Shown piece after piece: positions 18,648-27,443 of a stretch of DNA of 64,000 bases; position 1 is the first letter of the stretch, and the number at the start of each line of letters is the position of its first letter. This DNA comes from Patescibacteria group bacterium (GTDB lineage Bacteria; Patescibacteriota; Minisyncoccia; Phycocordibacterales; EsbW-18), in NCBI GenBank assembly GCA_038064475.1, contig JBBTTA010000001.1:111086-175085 (forward strand), written 5' to 3'. The translations under genes and the position numbers were made by a program. The notes under the pieces are model-generated. The model was not told the DNA's origin. It did no database searches and saw only the letters and a list, made by a program, of their open reading frames with translations.

Positions 18648-18749
18648 TTAGCGAAAGTAGCCACGAAAGAAGAAATTTCTTACCGATTCCCGCGCCATGT
18701 TCTTGGCGAGACGGAAACGCGTGACTTGGTAGCGCCACCATCGCTTCAT
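18648..18749 (-). CDS. unannotated 33-aa cationic aromatic peptide
   Basis: MKRWWRYQVTRFRLAKNMARESVRNFFFRGYFR; SD GAGGAGG; ATGA overlap with the upstream stop. Confidence 0.5.
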   Translation of the reverse strand: MKRWWRYQVTRFRLAKNMARESVRNFFFRGYFR

Positions 18750-19195
18750 GCACCCTCCTCTACTGGAAAGAACCTATTGCCGATGCACCGCAATACGAAC
18801 AGTGTGTACCCCGAAATGAATCTGGATCGAAAGATGTGTGTGAGATCCTCGAATGTTTTCTGAGGATCTGTAGAATCCTTCACATATTCCTCGACTTTGA
18901 ATCGAATCTTACGGAGAAATCTTTGAGTAACCGCTGTCCCCTCAAAACGAAGGTATCCTTCGATGAGTTGCGAAACACTTGCGGTATCATTCTGATTAAA
19001 GAACCGATGCGATTCGATTTCAATCAACAGATCGATATCGATTCGCTCACCCAAATCACGCTCTTCTTGATTCTTCTCATAGTGGAGTTTGTCGAGGTCC
19101 TTCTCTTCCGAGAGATCCCGGCATCCCACATTAAGCGTCTTCGGAATCACGATGCCAGGAAGCGCTTCCTGCATCCGTTTCTGGTCGATAGACAT
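18746..19195 (-). CDS. hypothetical protein (149 aa)
   Basis: SD GAAGGGGAG before MSIDQK; TTGACA-16-TAGAGT upstream. Confidence 0.65.
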   Translation of the reverse strand: MSIDQKRMQEALPGIVIPKTLNVGCRDLSEEKDLDKLHYEKNQEERDLGERIDIDLLIEIESHRFFNQNDTASVSQLIEGYLRFEGTAVTQRFLRKIRFKVEEYVKDSTDPQKTFEDLTHIFRSRFISGYTLFVLRCIGNRFFPVEEGA

Positions 19196-19284
19196 TCTGT
19201 ACTCCCCTTCCGAGATCAAATCTTTATGAACTCTACTCTTCGACCATGGATTGTCAATGAAGGCTTTTATGCCTATACTCAACC

Positions 19285-20766
19285 ATGACTCCTTCGCTCG
19301 AAATGCTTTTAAAGAGCCTTTCTCGAGCTTCCGCACAGGATCGAGACCTTGTTTCTCGCGCATGGAAATTCGCTGAGGAAGCCCATCACTCCCAAAAACG
19401 TGAGTCCGGAGAACCTTTCTTCACCCACGTTGCAAAAACCGCGGAGACGCTTGCGGCGCTTGGTGCCGACGCACCAACAATCGCCGCTGGACTCCTCCAC
19501 GACAGTATTGAAGACACAGGAAAAGATATTGAAGAAATCCGCGATACGTTTGGTCTCGAAGTTGCATTCCTTGTTGATGGTGTGACAAAACTTGGAAAGC
19601 TCAAATATCGTGGACTCAAACGTCACGTTGAATCATTGCGTAAACTTTTTATCGCAACCGCCGAAGACCCACGCGTCATTCTGATTAAGCTCGCCGATCG
19701 TCTGCATAATATGAAGACACTCTCGGCACTCCCTCAAGAAAAACGTATGCGTATCGCGCTTGAGACTTTGGAGATTTACGCGCCTATCGCGCATCGGCTC
19801 GGTATCGGAAAAGTAAAAGGAGAACTTGAGGATCTCGCCTTTCAAGCCGCATACCAAGAAGCATTCACAGAAACACGAAAGGCACGTGATGAAAAAGCAA
19901 AGCGCGCTGAAAGTGAGCTCAAAAAAATGGTTTTGAAGATTGGTACGATGCTTCGAGGCACCGGTGTAAAAGTACATACCCTCGATACACGCATCAAACA
20001 CCTGTACAGTCTCCACAAAAAACTACAAGAAAAAGGTAAAAACATTGAGAACGTCTACGACATTGCGGCATTGCGCATCATTGTGGAAACAGTTGAGGAG
20101 TGTTACCTCGTGCTTGGTTTAATTCACAGCGCATGGAAACCTTTACCTGGACGCATCAAAGACTACATCGCCGTTCCAAAACCAAACGGCTATCGCAGTT
20201 TACACACGAGTGTGTTCACGGGTACCGGTTCGGTCATTGAAATTCAAATTCGCACACAAGAAATGCACGATGTTGCTGAGCATGGTATTGCGTCACATGT
20301 GGCATACAAAGAAGACGGCTCGACAGACGGAAGTTTTGCGCTTGCACAAAATCTCATCAAAAGTCCCCTCCAAATAGCAGCCCAAGGCATTTCTCCACGC
20401 TGGATTAAAGACCTTGCTGAAACACACAAAGACGAACAGCAAGCACAATCATTTATAAAAAATCTCAAAACCGACTTCCTCGGCGATCGTATTTTCGTCT
20501 TCACACCAAAAGGCGAAGTCGTTGATCTCCCTTCAGATGCAACACCAATCGACTTTGCCTACTCAATTCACACCGATCTTGGACATCATGCTGCGGGAGC
20601 GCGCGTGAATGGAAAATATGTTGCGCTTGGCACCAAACTCAAGCACGGCGACATTGTTGAAATTGAAACAAAAGAGGCGAGTCACCCTTCTGCAAAATGG
20701 CTTACGTGGGTAAAAACAAGTTTTGCAAAGAAGAAAATACGTACTGCGCTTGAGCACAAAAAATAG
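19285..20766 (+). CDS. RelA/SpoT homolog (HD + synthetase + TGS, no ACT)
   Basis: LLHDSIED, IKLADRLHNM, YRSLHT, EIQIRT and TPIDFAY motifs. Confidence 0.93.
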   Translation: MTPSLEMLLKSLSRASAQDRDLVSRAWKFAEEAHHSQKRESGEPFFTHVAKTAETLAALGADAPTIAAGLLHDSIEDTGKDIEEIRDTFGLEVAFLVDGVTKLGKLKYRGLKRHVESLRKLFIATAEDPRVILIKLADRLHNMKTLSALPQEKRMRIALETLEIYAPIAHRLGIGKVKGELEDLAFQAAYQEAFTETRKARDEKAKRAESELKKMVLKIGTMLRGTGVKVHTLDTRIKHLYSLHKKLQEKGKNIENVYDIAALRIIVETVEECYLVLGLIHSAWKPLPGRIKDYIAVPKPNGYRSLHTSVFTGTGSVIEIQIRTQEMHDVAEHGIASHVAYKEDGSTDGSFALAQNLIKSPLQIAAQGISPRWIKDLAETHKDEQQAQSFIKNLKTDFLGDRIFVFTPKGEVVDLPSDATPIDFAYSIHTDLGHHAAGARVNGKYVALGTKLKHGDIVEIETKEASHPSAKWLTWVKTSFAKKKIRTALEHKK

Positions 20767-20885
20767 AACATTTCTGAGGCCGCAGATACAAGGCGCGAGC
20801 GAGGATCGGACTGAGCAATAGTTATTTCTATTGTGAAGGAGAACCGGAGCTCGCAACGCAGTAGATGCGGATTTCAGGAATGTTC
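20766..20885. mobile_element. MITE-like structured repeat, copy 2
   Basis: TIRs GAACATTTCTGA/TCAGGAATGTTC; shares GATACAAGGCG, GAGCAATAG..CTATTGTG and CAGTAG with copy 1. Confidence 0.65.
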
Positions 20886-21839
20886 TTAGACGCTGAAGTT
20901 GTTGATTGAGTATAGATCGTCGTCCGAGGGATCTTTCTTTGGGGTAGGTGGCTCACCTTCAGTTCCCTCTTGTGGCACTGTTGTATCTCTGGGTGCTTTT
21001 GTCGGAGCATTCTCCCCTTCTCCATTCAAAATACGGAGTACCTTACGCACGTCGTCTTCTGACATAACGTCAATTAAAATACGCCCACCGACAGCGCCCG
21101 GTTCAACGCGAACACGCGTGCCAAGTGTTTCTGATGCGCGCTCTTCAAGCTCCACAATATCTGGATCGTACATACGCTCTCGTTTGCGCACTTTATCAAA
21201 TGCAATACGACGAGAAATTTGTTCTGCGTCACGCACGTTAATTTTCTTCGCAATAATTTCTTTGAAAAGGGTACGTTGTTCTTCAGGACGATCAACAAGC
21301 ATAAGGAGTGGTCGTGTGTGACCTTCCGTAATCTGTCCTTCAGCGAGCGCTTGTTGCATCGCTTCGGGAAGCATGAGAATACGAAGTGTGTTTGAAACAT
21401 ATTCACGACTGCGGCCGATTTTCTTTGCGATATCCGTGTGTGAAAGACCAAATTGTCCTGCAAGTTGTTTAAATGCCTGCGCGCGTTCAACGGCATTGAT
21501 ATCTTCACGTTGAAGGTTCTCGATGATAGCAATCTCAAGTTTTACCTGTTCATTTTCTTGATCATCACGAATAATGACAGGGACTTGTGTTAGCCCAGCT
21601 ATTTTTGCCGCGCGTAAACGGCGTTCTCCGGCGATGAGCTCATATTCCATGCCCATACCACCGTTATCTCGAGAAACCTCACGCTGTGTCACCACAAGCG
21701 GTTGCAAGACACCATATTGACGAATTGAGTTCGCAAGATCCTTAAGACGCCCCTCATCAAAGTCGCGCCGTGGTTGATATGGATTCGGCACGATGCGATC
21801 CACTTCGACCCAAAAAATAGAATTACTCTGGTATGCCAT
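20886..21839 (-). CDS. parB: ParB/Spo0J partition protein
   Basis: PNPYQPRR, IAGERRLRA and IENLQREDI motifs; HTH. Confidence 0.95.
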   Translation of the reverse strand: MAYQSNSIFWVEVDRIVPNPYQPRRDFDEGRLKDLANSIRQYGVLQPLVVTQREVSRDNGGMGMEYELIAGERRLRAAKIAGLTQVPVIIRDDQENEQVKLEIAIIENLQREDINAVERAQAFKQLAGQFGLSHTDIAKKIGRSREYVSNTLRILMLPEAMQQALAEGQITEGHTRPLLMLVDRPEEQRTLFKEIIAKKINVRDAEQISRRIAFDKVRKRERMYDPDIVELEERASETLGTRVRVEPGAVGGRILIDVMSEDDVRKVLRILNGEGENAPTKAPRDTTVPQEGTEGEPPTPKKDPSDDDLYSINNFSV

Positions 21840-21935
21840 GTGTTCAGTGTAGCAAAATGAAACGCTCACGTCAGTGTGGAGATTCTGGGGATGTCTTATC
21901 GTACGAGCAGTTTTCTGCTAGAATCAATCCGAAAT

Positions 21936-22016
21936 GCCGGAGTGGCGGAATGGTATACGCGCACGACTCAAAATCGTGTCTCGAAAGGGATGAGGGTTCG
22001 AGTCCCTCCTCCGGCA
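21936..22016 (+). tRNA. tRNA-Leu(CAA)
   Basis: GCCGGAG/CTCCGGC acceptor, CACGA-CTCAAAA-TCGTG, long variable arm. Confidence 0.95.
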
Positions 22017-22020
22017 CAAA

Positions 22021-22180
22021 GACAGTTGAGGCGGACGCATAGCGTCCGCCGATTACTGATTTTCGCCGGAGGAGGGACTCGAAGGCGAATGCGGGCACCT
22101 TGTCAGCAGACAAGGTCGCATGAGCAGGGCCGAGCGGAGTAAGGAGCGACGGCGACGAACGAGCGCTTGGCCGAGTCCCG
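22021..22180 (+). repeat. tRNA-linked element A (anti-tRNA arm + GAGCGACGGCGA core)
   Basis: 22065-22083 is the exact reverse complement of tRNA 21997-22015; body nearly identical to 44761-44919. Confidence 0.85.
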
Positions 22181-22201
22181 ACGACTCTTACCTACACCTT
22201 T

Positions 22202-23095
22202 ATGAAACCAAAAATCCTCGTCATCCTAGGGCCTACAGCTACGGGCAAAAGTGATATTGCGGTCCACCTTGCGAAAAAATTCGATGGGGAAGTCGTGTCC
22301 GCTGATTCACGGCAGGTATATCGCGGACTTGATATTGGCAGTGGAAAAATAACAAAGCATGAGATGAAGGGCGTTACGCATCACATGCTTAATGTAGTGA
22401 GCCCAAAAAATACATACACTGCAGCTCGTTTTGCATATGACGCGAATCGTATAGTAGAAAAAATCCTTTCAAAGAAAAAGTTGCCGATTATTGTTGGCGG
22501 CACAGGCATGTATATTGATGCACTTGTTGATGGTGTTATGTTTCCAGAAGTTCCTCCCAATCCCCTCCTTCGTAAAAAATTTGAAAAGAAATCCACCGAA
22601 GACCTTTTCCGTCTTCTTAAGAAAAAAGATTCTGTCCGTGCCAAAACAATAGACAAACATAATCGTCGTCGACTTATTCGCGCACTTGAAATTGTTGCTC
22701 TACTCGGAAAAGTCCCCTCTCAAAAAAAGAAAAGTATTTTTACACCACTCCATATTGGATTATTACTTTCTGATAAGGAACTCCGCGCAAGAATCCACAC
22801 TCGCCTACTCGCCCGAATGAAAAAAGGAATGGCAAGGGAAGTCGCACACCTCAAAAAAAGTGGTGTCTCGTGGAAACGTTTCGCAGAACTCGGACTTGAG
22901 TATCGCTATGTCGCACTGTATCTCCAGAAAAAGATTTCAAAACAGGGGATGTTGGTGAAGCTTGAAACAGAAATCTGGCGCTATGCGAAACGACAAATGA
23001 CGTGGTTTACACCAAATAAAAAAATCAATTGGTTCCGTCCGACGAAAGATGCGCGAAACATTGAAAAAAAAGTGAAACAGTTCCTCACCACATAA
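22202..23095 (+). CDS. miaA: tRNA dimethylallyltransferase
   Basis: GPTATGKS, SADSRQVY, VGGTGMY and YAKRQMTWF motifs. Confidence 0.97.
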   Translation: MKPKILVILGPTATGKSDIAVHLAKKFDGEVVSADSRQVYRGLDIGSGKITKHEMKGVTHHMLNVVSPKNTYTAARFAYDANRIVEKILSKKKLPIIVGGTGMYIDALVDGVMFPEVPPNPLLRKKFEKKSTEDLFRLLKKKDSVRAKTIDKHNRRRLIRALEIVALLGKVPSQKKKSIFTPLHIGLLLSDKELRARIHTRLLARMKKGMAREVAHLKKSGVSWKRFAELGLEYRYVALYLQKKISKQGMLVKLETEIWRYAKRQMTWFTPNKKINWFRPTKDARNIEKKVKQFLTT

Positions 23096-23315
23096 TCTTC
23101 GTGGTATAAATGTTCCACTGGTGGGGTGGCCCTCCTTCGCATAAAGCTACGGAGGGTAAACGTCGCAGAATAAATGTAATCTTGTTCCCGATTTACACAA
23201 GAGCGAAGCGATTGTATTCTAAATCGCAATCCCTTTCTTGGCGGTATTCATTGTACAAAATTCGAACCTTTTTTGAAACCAATCCCGACGAGGAATGAAT
23301 CGCCCCGCCTCCGCA

Positions 23316-23732
23316 CTATTTATTTTCCTTTTTAGTCTGAGAGCGTTTCTCGTACGCTTTCCAACCAAGTAGCAAAAGAATGATAAGAACAACAAGAGCG
23401 CCTGCCAGAGCCCATGTCATCGGAGCCTTTTCTGCGAGATACGGAACAACATGATTTGAAACCAATAAAAGACCTGTCAGTCCAAAAATAATATCTAAAA
23501 TTCTATTCTCGATGACTTCATGAATATCAAAAAAGTACTCAATTGCTTCCCATGTCACCATACCGAAAAATGCTATACCGATAAGAAGATTTCGAGGCGC
23601 ATCAATAAAAGGCATGATAAATGCCATAACAACACCAGACCAAAAATGGACGATCATCCACAAATCCCAATATTTTCCTTCAGAAAAACTCCACGAAACA
23701 GATGGTGTACGAAGTCGGTGTTCAAGGTTCAT
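23316..23732 (-). CDS. hypothetical membrane protein
   Basis: 4 TM segments, with VHF.SG / WE..E / E...N...D pattern. Confidence 0.75.
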   Translation of the reverse strand: MNLEHRLRTPSVSWSFSEGKYWDLWMIVHFWSGVVMAFIMPFIDAPRNLLIGIAFFGMVTWEAIEYFFDIHEVIENRILDIIFGLTGLLLVSNHVVPYLAEKAPMTWALAGALVVLIILLLLGWKAYEKRSQTKKENK

Positions 23733-23736
23733 ATAT

Positions 23737-24633
23737 CTATACTACCTCGACATCTCGTAATGCAGCAATGCGTTCCTCAACTGGAGGATGCGTCATAAAG
23801 AGTTTTGTTAAAAACCCTCGACCGCTTTTTGCTCCAAATGGGTTTGCAATAAAGAGATGCGCCGTCGCGTGATTTGCGGCACGCATCGTGCCACTGTGCG
23901 TTGCAATTTTTTCGAGCGCTGACGCAAGACCTTCGGGATACCGCGTCAAAAGTGCACCTGACGCATCGGCCAAAAATTCTCGTTTACGAGAAATAGCAAG
24001 TTGCATGAGTGTTGCGGCAATTGGTGAGAGAATTGCAAGCACAATACCGATGAGCATCACGATGGCCCCCGCACGATTATCTCTATTACCTCCTCCAAAC
24101 ATACGTGAGCGAAGAAAAAAATCTGAAAGGAGGGTAATACAACCCACGAGCACAACGACAACGGTTGAGAGCAAAATATCGCGATTTCCAATATGTGAAA
24201 GTTCGTGCGCAATAACCCCTTCAAGTTCAGTGCGTGACAACACTGCCAAAAGTCCCGTCGTCACTGCAACGGTCGCATGCTCTTTATTACGCCCCGTGGC
24301 AAACGCATTGGGCACAGGATCATCAATCACGTAGAGCTTCGGCATAGGAAGCCCTGCAGTGATAGAAAGATTTTCAGTCACCGTATAGAGATCAAAAAAT
24401 TCTTCGCGCGAGGCTGGACGAGCGCGTGACACTGACAAAGCGATTTTGTCAGACCACCAATAGCTCGCAATATTCATGATGATGCTCACCACCACTGCTC
24501 CGTAGAGAATTTCTGGCGCACCATATGCTGCACTCACTCCCCACCCAATAAGAATAATTGCGACAAAGAAAAGCGACATCAAGACCCACGTCTTGAATAC
24601 GTTTGTGTCTTTGTGTGTGTAGAGACTTGCCAT
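23737..24633 (-). CDS. htpX: M48 zinc protease HtpX
   Basis: PNAFATG, AHELSH, SRKREFLAD and THPP motifs. Confidence 0.94.
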   Translation of the reverse strand: MASLYTHKDTNVFKTWVLMSLFFVAIILIGWGVSAAYGAPEILYGAVVVSIIMNIASYWWSDKIALSVSRARPASREEFFDLYTVTENLSITAGLPMPKLYVIDDPVPNAFATGRNKEHATVAVTTGLLAVLSRTELEGVIAHELSHIGNRDILLSTVVVVLVGCITLLSDFFLRSRMFGGGNRDNRAGAIVMLIGIVLAILSPIAATLMQLAISRKREFLADASGALLTRYPEGLASALEKIATHSGTMRAANHATAHLFIANPFGAKSGRGFLTKLFMTHPPVEERIAALRDVEVV

Positions 24634-24634
24634 A

Positions 24635-24814
24635 TTAGTGACCGACGTACATGAGTTCACGCATTTCTTCACTCATCAATCCTGAATTTCTATCAATCTC
24701 TTCAATCGCACGTACACTTTTCCATCCCACGAATAAAAACAAGATGAGGAACGCAAGAATGACATACCAGATGTTCCCCATCGGCCGTGTGCTTGATGCG
24801 TGGAATCCTGACAT
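24635..24814 (-). CDS. unannotated 59-aa single-TM protein
   Basis: MSGFHASSTRPMGNIWYVILAFLILFLFVGWKSVRAIEEIDRNSGLMSEEMRELMYVGH; fills the lemA-htpX gap almost exactly. Confidence 0.65.
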   Translation of the reverse strand: MSGFHASSTRPMGNIWYVILAFLILFLFVGWKSVRAIEEIDRNSGLMSEEMRELMYVGH

Positions 24815-24819
24815 GCGTG

Positions 24820-25374
24820 TTAGTTAAACGCTACTTTCACCGGCTCACGTTGTTCGCTTCCCTCCTCAAGTTCAAAGAAATCACGTTGCTTCACATCAAA
24901 CATGCCGACAATGAGGTTGTTTGGAAATGTACGAATTGCAGTATTGAGATCGCGAACGTTTGTGTTGTAAAAGCGACGTGCTGCTTGAATTTTATTTTCT
25001 GTGTCCGAAAGTTCGCGCTGTAATTCAAGAAAGTTTTGATTCGCTTTGAGATCAGGGTAGGCTTCGGCAATTGCAAAGAGGGATTTGAGAGCTCCCGTGA
25101 GCATATTTTCTGCTTGTGCATGTTCCGCCACTGTTTGTGCACCGAGTGCCTGCGCGCGTGCCTTGGTGACATTTTCAAATGCCTCGCGTTCGTGCGTCGC
25201 ATATCCTTTAACCGTTTCAACCAAATTAGGAATGAGATCGTAGCGGCGCTTCAACTGCACATCAATATCTGCCCATGCCTCGTCCGCACGAACGCCCAAA
25301 CGTACAAATTTGTTGTACGTGAGCATGAGCCAGAGGGCGATGACGACAATAATGCCGACAAGAATATACAGCAT
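24820..25374 (-). CDS. lemA: LemA family protein
   Basis: AWADIDVQLKRRYDLIPNLV and YPDLKANQNF motifs. Confidence 0.95.
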   Translation of the reverse strand: MLYILVGIIVVIALWLMLTYNKFVRLGVRADEAWADIDVQLKRRYDLIPNLVETVKGYATHEREAFENVTKARAQALGAQTVAEHAQAENMLTGALKSLFAIAEAYPDLKANQNFLELQRELSDTENKIQAARRFYNTNVRDLNTAIRTFPNNLIVGMFDVKQRDFFELEEGSEQREPVKVAFN

Positions 25375-25420
25375 GGTTAGTGTTTAGACTTATAGATTGT
25401 TTAGTATACCACGAGGGCAT

Positions 25421-25433
25421 GGGGTCAGACCCC
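25421..25433. repeat. REP-like GGGGTCAGACCCC palindrome (related copies near 8352-8365, 37132-37142, 59428-59439)
   Basis: Recurrent short palindrome in intergenic DNA. Confidence 0.5.
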
Positions 25434-25457
25434 CCTAGTCTGGGGTCTCCATTGTTT

Positions 25458-27098
25458 TTACGAATGTAGGTGTTTGGGCGCGTACTCAAGACTTCCCCTC
25501 ACCTTTTTCCCTGGGTTGAATATACCTTTCGGATCAAAAATATTCTTTGTTTGTTCAAAAAGTTTATACATGTCGTCTCCGAATTGCTGACGCAAGAATG
25601 GTGTTCGGATAATGCCATCGTTGTGCTCCCCCGACGCGGAACCTTTGTATGAAAAAACGAGGTTATATACTTTTTGAGCAATTTCAGGAATTACCTTGCG
25701 TACGTTTTCATCGGAAAGATTCATGAGCGGTATGATATGAAAATTTCCGTTTCCGATATGTCCTGCAATATTGTGAATCATGTAGTCGTTGTACTCATTT
25801 AAGATAGCGTACAGTTTTGGCAAAAACTCAGACAGCACACGTGGTGGCACCACAATATCGTCAATAAACGGCGCTGTCGAAACATGCTTTGATTTGTGGC
25901 GGAGCAAATTGAATGATTCGCGTCGAATAAGCCAATACTCTTCCATCTCTTTCTTATTCTTGAGTATCTCAACATAGCGCGGCTTAAACATCGCTAGTTC
26001 TTTTGCAAGCATTTCCGCTTTTTTCTTCAAGAGCACTGGGTCTTTGCCATCAAACGTAATCTGTAAAACCAATTTTGGAAGACCATGGCGAGCTATAGAA
26101 AGTGCCTCTGGAATACTTCCTTTCAAAAGCGTAAAAATATTTTTGAAACCAAGACGCTTCACAAACTGCACAAAGAACCTCAATGCAAGGCGAAGTGTTT
26201 TATCGTCGTACGATTCAAATGTTGTTGGTGTGTGTGCAAGTACTGTTTTGACAAGTTCCCCCAACCCTTCAAACGAATCCAAAAAGAGAATCATCATTTG
26301 CGAATGTGGATCAGGCGGGACGAGATCAAATGTAATCTCGGTGATAATACCGAGCGTTCCTTGTGAGCCCGTAAAAAGACGTGTGAGGTCAAGTGTTTCT
26401 TTGTGCGGGTCATACACATCCCATAGTGCATATCCTGAAGAGTTTTTGGTTACCTGTGGACGGGCATCTTGAATTATCTGCTGATTGTTCTTCACTAATG
26501 CATACATACGGCGATAGAGATCCCCTTCAAAGTCTTTCTGCAGGAGTTTCTGTTCAAGTGCCTCATGCGAAAGTTTTCCAAATGTGTATTCGTTACCATC
26601 AGAAAGCACAACCCTAAGCTCACGAATATAGTCGGCTGTCTTTCCGTACGCAAGCGTCAATTCCCCTCCTGCATTATTCGCCACCATGCCACCCACTGTG
26701 CACAATTCGCGAGATGCGGGGTATGACGGCATCAGGAGTCCACGCTTCATACTCTCGCGGTCAAAATCACGAAAAAACACCCCCGGTTCAACGGTACCTG
26801 TTGTTTGTGTAAATCCTTTGATATGCGAAAAGTATTTCGTCATATCAAGAACAATGCTTTCAGACAATGCCCCACCATCCATACCCGTGCCACCCGAGCG
26901 CGCGGTCAAGGACCACCCTTCGTGTTCTCCGACCGCACGTACAATCGTCGTGATATCCGACACGTTTTTTGGAACAATCACAGCCAAAGGTTTCAGTTCA
27001 AAAAGGGATGTGTCACGGCTCGCCGAACGAAGCGTGGCCTCGTCGGTGGTAATATCACCTGTAATACGTGACGAAAGCGTTTTGAGGAACTCATCCAT
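25458..27098 (-). CDS. FAD-linked oxidase (GlcD/D-lactate dehydrogenase family)
   Basis: RSGGTG, TVGGMVANNAGG, GSQGTLG, GEHNDG and FDPKGIFNPGK motifs. Confidence 0.9.
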   Translation of the reverse strand: MDEFLKTLSSRITGDITTDEATLRSASRDTSLFELKPLAVIVPKNVSDITTIVRAVGEHEGWSLTARSGGTGMDGGALSESIVLDMTKYFSHIKGFTQTTGTVEPGVFFRDFDRESMKRGLLMPSYPASRELCTVGGMVANNAGGELTLAYGKTADYIRELRVVLSDGNEYTFGKLSHEALEQKLLQKDFEGDLYRRMYALVKNNQQIIQDARPQVTKNSSGYALWDVYDPHKETLDLTRLFTGSQGTLGIITEITFDLVPPDPHSQMMILFLDSFEGLGELVKTVLAHTPTTFESYDDKTLRLALRFFVQFVKRLGFKNIFTLLKGSIPEALSIARHGLPKLVLQITFDGKDPVLLKKKAEMLAKELAMFKPRYVEILKNKKEMEEYWLIRRESFNLLRHKSKHVSTAPFIDDIVVPPRVLSEFLPKLYAILNEYNDYMIHNIAGHIGNGNFHIIPLMNLSDENVRKVIPEIAQKVYNLVFSYKGSASGEHNDGIIRTPFLRQQFGDDMYKLFEQTKNIFDPKGIFNPGKKVRGSLEYAPKHLHS

Positions 27099-27186
27099 AA
27101 CTTCGTCTAGTATAGCGTGTTTTTGTCCCGTTTGAGCCTGTGTGTGGACAGAAACCACTCAAACGTGCTACTATCCTTGAGCATAT

Positions 27187-27405
27187 ATGCAGAGTATTCC
27201 TGTCATACAGATAGTACTTTCGGTTCTCTTGATCGTACTCATCCTCATGCAGCAGTCAGAAGGCGGCATGGGCAATATGTTTGGTGGTGATGATGCGGGT
27301 AACCTCCGCCGCACACGACGCGGTCCTGAACGGGCCATCTTCATTGCTACAGTCATGGTAGCGATACTCTTTGCGGTAACATCACTTCTTGCACTTCTCT
27401 ACTAG
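27187..27405 (+). CDS. secG: preprotein translocase SecG
   Basis: Two TM segments with ILMQQ..GG....FGG...RRG.E. Confidence 0.9.
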   Translation: MQSIPVIQIVLSVLLIVLILMQQSEGGMGNMFGGDDAGNLRRTRRGPERAIFIATVMVAILFAVTSLLALLY

Positions 27406-27443
27406 AGACAATCTCTCAAACACGCCCCTGCGTGTTTTCTTGT

